The position numbers and the translations under genes were made by a program. From positions 1 through 50,678 of the IMG/VR virus record IMGVR_UViG_3300017766_003084: a stretch of 50,678 nucleotides of DNA; one strand, given 5' to 3'. The notes under the pieces were generated by a model. That model worked only from the letters and a program-made list of their open reading frames with translations. It did no database searches and was not told where the DNA came from. Positions 46,024-50,678 of this stretch are shown here, piece after piece (the first letter of the stretch is position 1; each line of letters starts with the position of its first letter). The DNA comes from a virus (taxonomy: Duplodnaviria > Caudoviricetes).

Positions 46024-46889
46024 AGTATGTATCCTCCACCAGCTTGAGTTCGTTTGTAGTACCGCTCGACAGGTTTGTCGGGCAGCAGTAAGTATGCCCC
46101 AAAAGGCTCGTACTTCATCTTCGCCAATTGGTCATACACCTTACGGGGTATGTAAAAGTATTCGTCGTTATGGCTGTTCCATGAGATGAAGTACCAGTCT
46201 GATTTGATCATCTCAGCCCAGATGATCGTGGTAGCGTGACCACCACCTCTTGTTGGAGGTGTAGCCATCACTTTCTTACCGTTGATCTGACTGCCCTCTC
46301 TGAACGGCCAGAAGGTACCTTGATGCAGGTTTCCGCCTGCAGCAAGACCGGCCAACAGAGATTCACTGTCAGGTGCTGGACGATGCTCAGTGACAAGTCC
46401 ATCCTGCAACTTGACTTTCTTGGCCCTTGCAACAAACCTGCTCGCAGAACGCTCGTAGGTGCCGTAAGGCCAATCAGTTTCAAGCGGAATACCCGGACCA
46501 ACACCGATAGACGGAATGCCTTCAGTCTGCAGTGTTACGCCAGCTTCAATCCATGTCCCACCGTCCTTACCGACTTGGTTGGGGGACATGATGTATTCAC
46601 TGGCGTTGTAGGCAAACGTGTCTGATTTCTGAGGAACTTTACCAGACGATTCATCAACTTCACCGCCTGAAACGTACCACCATCGTCTTTCGTTACCAGT
46701 GCAGGCTGAGTGAGCCTGGCAGTCGTTCTGTGTCTGATTCTGACGCCGCATGTACGGGCGAGGATCATTCTTCGGATCTTTTAGTACATCTTCCCAATTG
46801 GTGAAGTCAGAAGCCTTGACTGGGGGTTTTGCTTTCCTCAGCAAGGCTTCCTGTACTGCCGGATCTGACTTTAGCAGTTCACTCGGCAC
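46020..46889 (-). CDS. Papain-like (C1) cysteine peptidase
   Basis: NQTQNDCQAHS (oxyanion Gln and catalytic Cys), DGGT, WPY, GGHAT (His), WNSH (Asn). GGAGG RBS precedes a GTG start. Confidence 0.8.
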   Translation of the reverse strand: MPSELLKSDPAVQEALLRKAKPPVKASDFTNWEDVLKDPKNDPRPYMRRQNQTQNDCQAHSACTGNERRWWYVSGGEVDESSGKVPQKSDTFAYNASEYIMSPNQVGKDGGTWIEAGVTLQTEGIPSIGVGPGIPLETDWPYGTYERSASRFVARAKKVKLQDGLVTEHRPAPDSESLLAGLAAGGNLHQGTFWPFREGSQINGKKVMATPPTRGGGHATTIIWAEMIKSDWYFISWNSHNDEYFYIPRKVYDQLAKMKYEPFGAYLLLPDKPVERYYKRTQAGGGYIL

Positions 46890-47559
46890 TGAAGTACCTC
46901 CTGATGTAAAGTGCGTGTTTTTCTGGTGTCCACTGCTCTCCGCCAAACTCCAGTTCTTCAGCAGTCAACAGACTTGTGAATGCCTTGACCTGACATTGAC
47001 GGTGAGCAGCCTTGAACCAGTCAGCCGCTTCCTCTTCCGACGAGATGACTTTGTTTTCCAGTCGAGTCGCCAGTTCCTTTTGTGCCAGTCGCCATTCACG
47101 CTCATACACCCTGAAAGCCTTAGCGACATCGTCTTTTGGCTCTACAGGGCCGGGAGTAATGGGATCGGGCTTCGGAACGTCGATAACGTCCAGAAGGCGT
47201 CTGCGAAGGCTCTGACGGCCTTTACTGCCCTCGGGACGATACATGATCTCGACACGACCTGTTGCCTGTCCTTCGAGCACGTACAGGAACGGAGAATCAG
47301 CAACAAGTGTCTGTATGCCGGATTGACCGGCAAATTTACCTCGAAGTCGAGTTCCCGTAGGAACTTCTTCGATAGTGACTATGCCTGCAGGAGAATCGAA
47401 AACGTCAAGAGGAACGGGACTTTGAATCAAGTACCATTCCTCTGTCGTGAATTTGTCGATTTCTGCAGGTGGCTTGGGCGTGTCCGCCTTGATAGTTTCT
47501 GAAGGAAAAACAATAACAGGTTCCTGCAGCAAACAAGCCAGCAGCAGAAGAAACTTCAT
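46879..47559 (-). CDS. Exported protein with Pro-rich linkers
   Basis: MKFLLLLACLL signal-like N-terminus, PKPDPITPGPVEP, GGAGG RBS. Confidence 0.7.
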   Translation of the reverse strand: MKFLLLLACLLQEPVIVFPSETIKADTPKPPAEIDKFTTEEWYLIQSPVPLDVFDSPAGIVTIEEVPTGTRLRGKFAGQSGIQTLVADSPFLYVLEGQATGRVEIMYRPEGSKGRQSLRRRLLDVIDVPKPDPITPGPVEPKDDVAKAFRVYEREWRLAQKELATRLENKVISSEEEAADWFKAAHRQCQVKAFTSLLTAEELEFGGEQWTPEKHALYIRRYFSAE

Positions 47560-47560
47560 G

Positions 47561-47998
47561 TCATTCCTCCGTTGAAAGCGATGCAGCAGCCAAAGTGCGA
47601 TAACTCTCAGCAGAAGTCGAGTGTGCTTCCTGCAGAGCCTTGTCGGCCAGTTCGAGTGAGTCGGTGTCAGACAGGATGTACTTCGACTCGTTGAACATCG
47701 CACCAGACTTCTTTGCGGCACGCTTCAGCTTCTGACCGTGCTTGAACCAGCGGTTGCGGAGTTCCTTCGCGAAGTTCTCGCGGGTCTGCACGTAGTTCTT
47801 CGCACACATCGCAACAACAGTCGTCTGAACCTGATCAGGCTGGATACCACGTCGCTTCTGAATGCAGTTCAGAATCAGCGGCAACACTGTTGAGATGATG
47901 GTTGTAATCGTGATTGGATCAATTCCGACGTTTCTTGCACCAACTCGTCGGATGATTCCCTGACAGAACGCTTCAATCAGGCTTTTCGGGAGTGACAT
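47561..47998 (-). CDS. Membrane protein (one TM, basic C-terminus)
   Basis: IDPITITTIISTVLPLILNC hydrophobic segment. Confidence 0.7.
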   Translation of the reverse strand: MSLPKSLIEAFCQGIIRRVGARNVGIDPITITTIISTVLPLILNCIQKRRGIQPDQVQTTVVAMCAKNYVQTRENFAKELRNRWFKHGQKLKRAAKKSGAMFNESKYILSDTDSLELADKALQEAHSTSAESYRTLAAASLSTEE

Positions 47999-48526
47999 TA
48001 CTTGCTTTCTCTCTCAGAGAGTAATGAAGAAGATGCAGTACCTCACTGCATCTATCAGACGTTCAGTATCAGCGATGTACTGACGACATTATTTTCTCCA
48101 CAACCCCCCTCCCCCTTCGCCTCTTTTATGGGCGAAAGGTTCATGTTGGAAGGTTGGAGAAATTACTTTCTCCTCACCGCTATCAGGCTTTCTGTTTATT
48201 TGTATGCCGTGCTCATAGCCGTCAGGTAGCGTGTACCTCCCCGTTAGAGCACGCTGTCCGATATTACGCTCGGCGGGGTCGTCGCCCCTTTGCACAGACG
48301 TGTTTCAGCCTGTACGGTAGACTGGGATTCTCAGGATTGCAAGTCTGATTCATGGAAATTCCAAAATACCCCGCCAGAACGCACAGGAATGCGTCTGCGG
48401 GCCTCAAATAGCCAAGACGACTCTCAGGTCGTCCATCGCAATCGCAGGCCCTGTAATGGCCTCTAATGCGTTCGTACTGTACAAGTAGTGTACAAGGAAT
48501 CTGTGGAAAATCTGAAAGAATTACAG

Positions 48527-48554
48527 TTGATCGGTACGATAATCTTGATAGAAT
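48527..48554 (+). promoter_or_regulatory. Putative promoter of the right-end + strand cassette
   Basis: TTGATC-N16-TAGAAT upstream of an AAGGAG RBS. Confidence 0.5.
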
Positions 48555-48582
48555 TTCCGTACCTCGCGAACGAAAGGAGCGA

Positions 48583-48789
48583 ATGACAATGGCTGCTGAA
48601 ACAGTAGGGATCTCAGCTACGGCTGAGTTCTGGAGAAAAGTAGATGCACTGTCGCGTCAGACTGGTCAGTCTCGCAGTGCTGTGATCGTGGAGACATGCT
48701 GTGAAGCATGGAATGTGAGAGGGCTGGTGTCCAAGCCTGTTGGTCGTCCGAAGAAGCATAAGGGCGTGAAGAAAGTGAAAGGTGCTTGA
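48583..48789 (+). CDS. Ribbon-helix-helix (CopG-like) DNA-binding protein with GRP (AT-hook-like) tail
   Basis: TVGISATAEFWRKVDALSRQTGQSRSAVI...GRPKK. Confidence 0.75.
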   Translation: MTMAAETVGISATAEFWRKVDALSRQTGQSRSAVIVETCCEAWNVRGLVSKPVGRPKKHKGVKKVKGA

Positions 48790-48790
48790 T

Positions 48791-49024
48791 ATGGCTGATA
48801 CATGCCCGAAGTGCAATGCTCCGTTCAGACGACACCACACTGGATTCCACTGTGGGACAGAAGTGGATGAAAGCAGCGGTTCAGTGATACAGAGTCCACT
48901 GTGCCGTCAGACAACTCTGGAACGAGAACATCAGGAGATGCGTAGACTCCTGACTGAAGTGATCAGTGCGAAGGGAAAGATCCCTGATAATCTACAGAAA
49001 CAGATTAAGGAGATGTTGGGATGA
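48791..49024 (+). CDS. Small putative Zn-binding protein
   Basis: CPKC...HCG...C. Confidence 0.6.
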   Translation: MADTCPKCNAPFRRHHTGFHCGTEVDESSGSVIQSPLCRQTTLEREHQEMRRLLTEVISAKGKIPDNLQKQIKEMLG

Positions 49025-49608
49025 GCGTGCAAGTATGTGAAGGAGTTTGGCGGACTCGGTGCGGGCAGCGGCTGCTGATTACGCAATGCGAACCGGTCGA
49101 TTTCCAGCGGTGGACGGACGGCGTGGATACGTACAGCGATGATGGGTCGTATTCGATTTGGGGTACTGGTCGCGAAAGCCCGCATGATCTGGTATCGTTC
49201 GTCGGGCTGCTGCCGGACAAGCCGCAGTCGGATCAGACAGCCGAGATTGATCGACTGAAAACAGAACTTTTACAGTTACAGGCGAGCGTGCCAAAAGCTG
49301 CTGTAGAAATTGATCGACTGAACAAGGTTTTAGGGGGACAAGCAGGTGTCATCGACTCTTTGAAGGAGTCGAACGAAAGGCTGGTGAATGAGGCTCTACA
49401 GGCACAGCAGTATGTGTCTGAAGCGAACGAGAAGATCAATCAGCAATCAACTGAAATAAAGCGGTTGAATCGGAATGTGGAGGAATTCGAAAGAATCGAC
49501 GAGCATAAGGATTCGGAGATTGATCACCTGCGACAACTCCGAAGAACGAACGATGCGATCATCAAAGAATTCAGGGAACTGTTGACGCACGCATTGTCCA
49601 AGAAGTAG
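49021..49608 (+). CDS. Coiled-coil hypothetical protein, 195 aa
   Basis: N-terminal WRTRCG...DLV domain, then repeated EIDRL heptads. Confidence 0.75.
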   Translation: MSVQVCEGVWRTRCGQRLLITQCEPVDFQRWTDGVDTYSDDGSYSIWGTGRESPHDLVSFVGLLPDKPQSDQTAEIDRLKTELLQLQASVPKAAVEIDRLNKVLGGQAGVIDSLKESNERLVNEALQAQQYVSEANEKINQQSTEIKRLNRNVEEFERIDEHKDSEIDHLRQLRRTNDAIIKEFRELLTHALSKK

Positions 49609-49659
49609 TCGCTGTGTTGGCGGCTCAGACCACGAGTATTTCTGAAAAGGAAGATTGTT

Positions 49660-50031
49660 ATGCCGGGCAGTAAAGGTAAAGGTAACGGAGTTGGTGTCGA
49701 GCAGATTCTTGCAACGAACGCATGGTTCGCGACACACAAGAACGAATTGCACAACTTGACTCGTGCTGAGATTTCAAAGCGAATCAAGGCGGATACCGGA
49801 ATGACCATCGGCACTCGCACTATCATTGCAATGCGAAAGCAGCATGAGATTCGCAGTCGAACTATAGGCACACCGGGGAAAACGTCAGCACTGAAGCGAC
49901 TGGCCATTGCTGAGGCTAGGATCACCAAACTGATTGAAATTTCGATTATCGTACACGAAACGATGGTCAGTTTGGGCGAAGCATCAGCAGCACGTCGGAT
50001 TGAAAGCCTGCTGGCCAGCAAGGCAGAATAG
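49660..50031 (+). CDS. Basic hypothetical protein, possibly DNA binding
   Basis: AGGAAG RBS. LTRAEISKRIKADTG helix pattern. Confidence 0.65.
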   Translation: MPGSKGKGNGVGVEQILATNAWFATHKNELHNLTRAEISKRIKADTGMTIGTRTIIAMRKQHEIRSRTIGTPGKTSALKRLAIAEARITKLIEISIIVHETMVSLGEASAARRIESLLASKAE

Positions 50032-50047
50032 TTTCTGAGAAAGAAAC

Positions 50048-50545
50048 TCAGCGGAAGTATGTGATTCCAGCAAACTCAGTGAGGGTTTGCTGGATCACTG
50101 CTGGTGCAGACACTGCATCAGGATTTGCAAGATACACGATGTCACGTGGAGACATCCCGATCTTTTCCATCAGCTTCAACATGATGACCTGATTGCGATT
50201 GAGGATATTCACCATCGGATTCGGGAACGTGCCAAGATAGTTCCCCTCTTCGTCAACACGATCGAAGGTGTATCCGTTCTTGCCGATGTTCTCCCGACAG
50301 GTATGCACGACATGCCAAGTCTCTACTAACTCAGAAACTATCAAGGTGTACGTCGGGCTGAGACATCGGCGTGACTCCATGTCCGTCACGATGAAGTCCC
50401 ACATCTTCTTCATTGCAGGGTTGTTCACAATACGCAGAGGTACAGGCATCTGAGATGCACTGCAGGTCTCTACGTCAATATCTCGCGGTGCAACATCAGA
50501 GAAGATAGCCAACTCCGTTGCAGTCTTACGCTTTCGTGGTGCCAT
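50048..50545 (-). CDS. terS: Terminase small subunit (P27-like)
   Basis: KMWD.I....., GYT, NPMVNIL..., IGMSPRD pattern, adjacent to the genome end. Confidence 0.8.
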   Translation of the reverse strand: MAPRKRKTATELAIFSDVAPRDIDVETCSASQMPVPLRIVNNPAMKKMWDFIVTDMESRRCLSPTYTLIVSELVETWHVVHTCRENIGKNGYTFDRVDEEGNYLGTFPNPMVNILNRNQVIMLKLMEKIGMSPRDIVYLANPDAVSAPAVIQQTLTEFAGITYFR

Positions 50546-50668
50546 GACATCATCCTTCAGGGGTGTGAGATCCAATGGCACCATTTGACACGATACTGGT
50601 ACGGTTTGTCAACAATCTCCTGCAACAATCACCCAGACCGCCCCCATAACAGCAACTTTGCGTCTGTT

Positions 50669-50678
50669 TCCGCATGGC
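50669..50678. repeat. Terminal direct repeat TCCGCATGGC, right copy
   Basis: Identical to positions 2-11. Confidence 0.7.

Noticed and set aside
20557-47502. Long + strand ORFs antisense to - strand genes (e.g. 20557-21339, 35622-36398, 37898-38524, 46750-47502)
   Set aside because: These are shadow frames of well-supported genes, with no RBS or recognisable motifs.
1-50678. Alternative genetic code, diversity-generating retroelement, integrase/lysogeny module, tRNAs
   Set aside because: Core genes are intact under the standard code. I saw no reverse transcriptase, TR/VR pair, tyrosine or serine recombinase motif, or cloverleaf by eye. A tRNA scan would still be needed to exclude tRNAs.

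Overview
The window looks like a complete or near-complete 50.7 kb tailed dsDNA phage genome (siphovirus-type: HK97-fold capsid, portal, ClpP-like protease, tail chaperone frameshift, tape measure). A 10-bp repeat (TCCGCATGGC) at both ends, next to terS, is consistent with a cos end. Layout: (1) 1-8.4 kb, + strand, small unknown genes with repeated leaders and a repeat-rich non-coding block that may be the origin. (2) 8.5-21.2 kb, - strand, replication and nucleotide metabolism (HNH, P-loop ATPase, TOPRIM primase, ThyX, family A polymerase, SSB-like, AAA ATPase, PD-(D/E)XK nucleases, CsrA-like, ParB-like). (3) 21.3-25.4 kb, three glycosyltransferases plus a radical SAM enzyme. (4) 25.4-41.9 kb, morphogenesis, with an intein in terL. 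(5) 42-48 kb, virion-like and exported proteins, including a papain-like peptidase and a membrane-anchored thioredoxin. (6) 48.6-50 kb, a small + strand cassette, then terS. I recognised no integrase, classical endolysin, tRNA or CRISPR array. Main highlights: a strand-polarised TTTCTGARRRR motif across the genome, a class 3 (WCT) intein starting with Glu, paired E->Q and Y->F changes in the polymerase active site, a candidate thioredoxin + cysteine-protease envelope-breaching module, and the GT/radical SAM cluster. All functional calls come from motif recognition by eye, with no database searches. A Planctomycetota-like host is only a guess.
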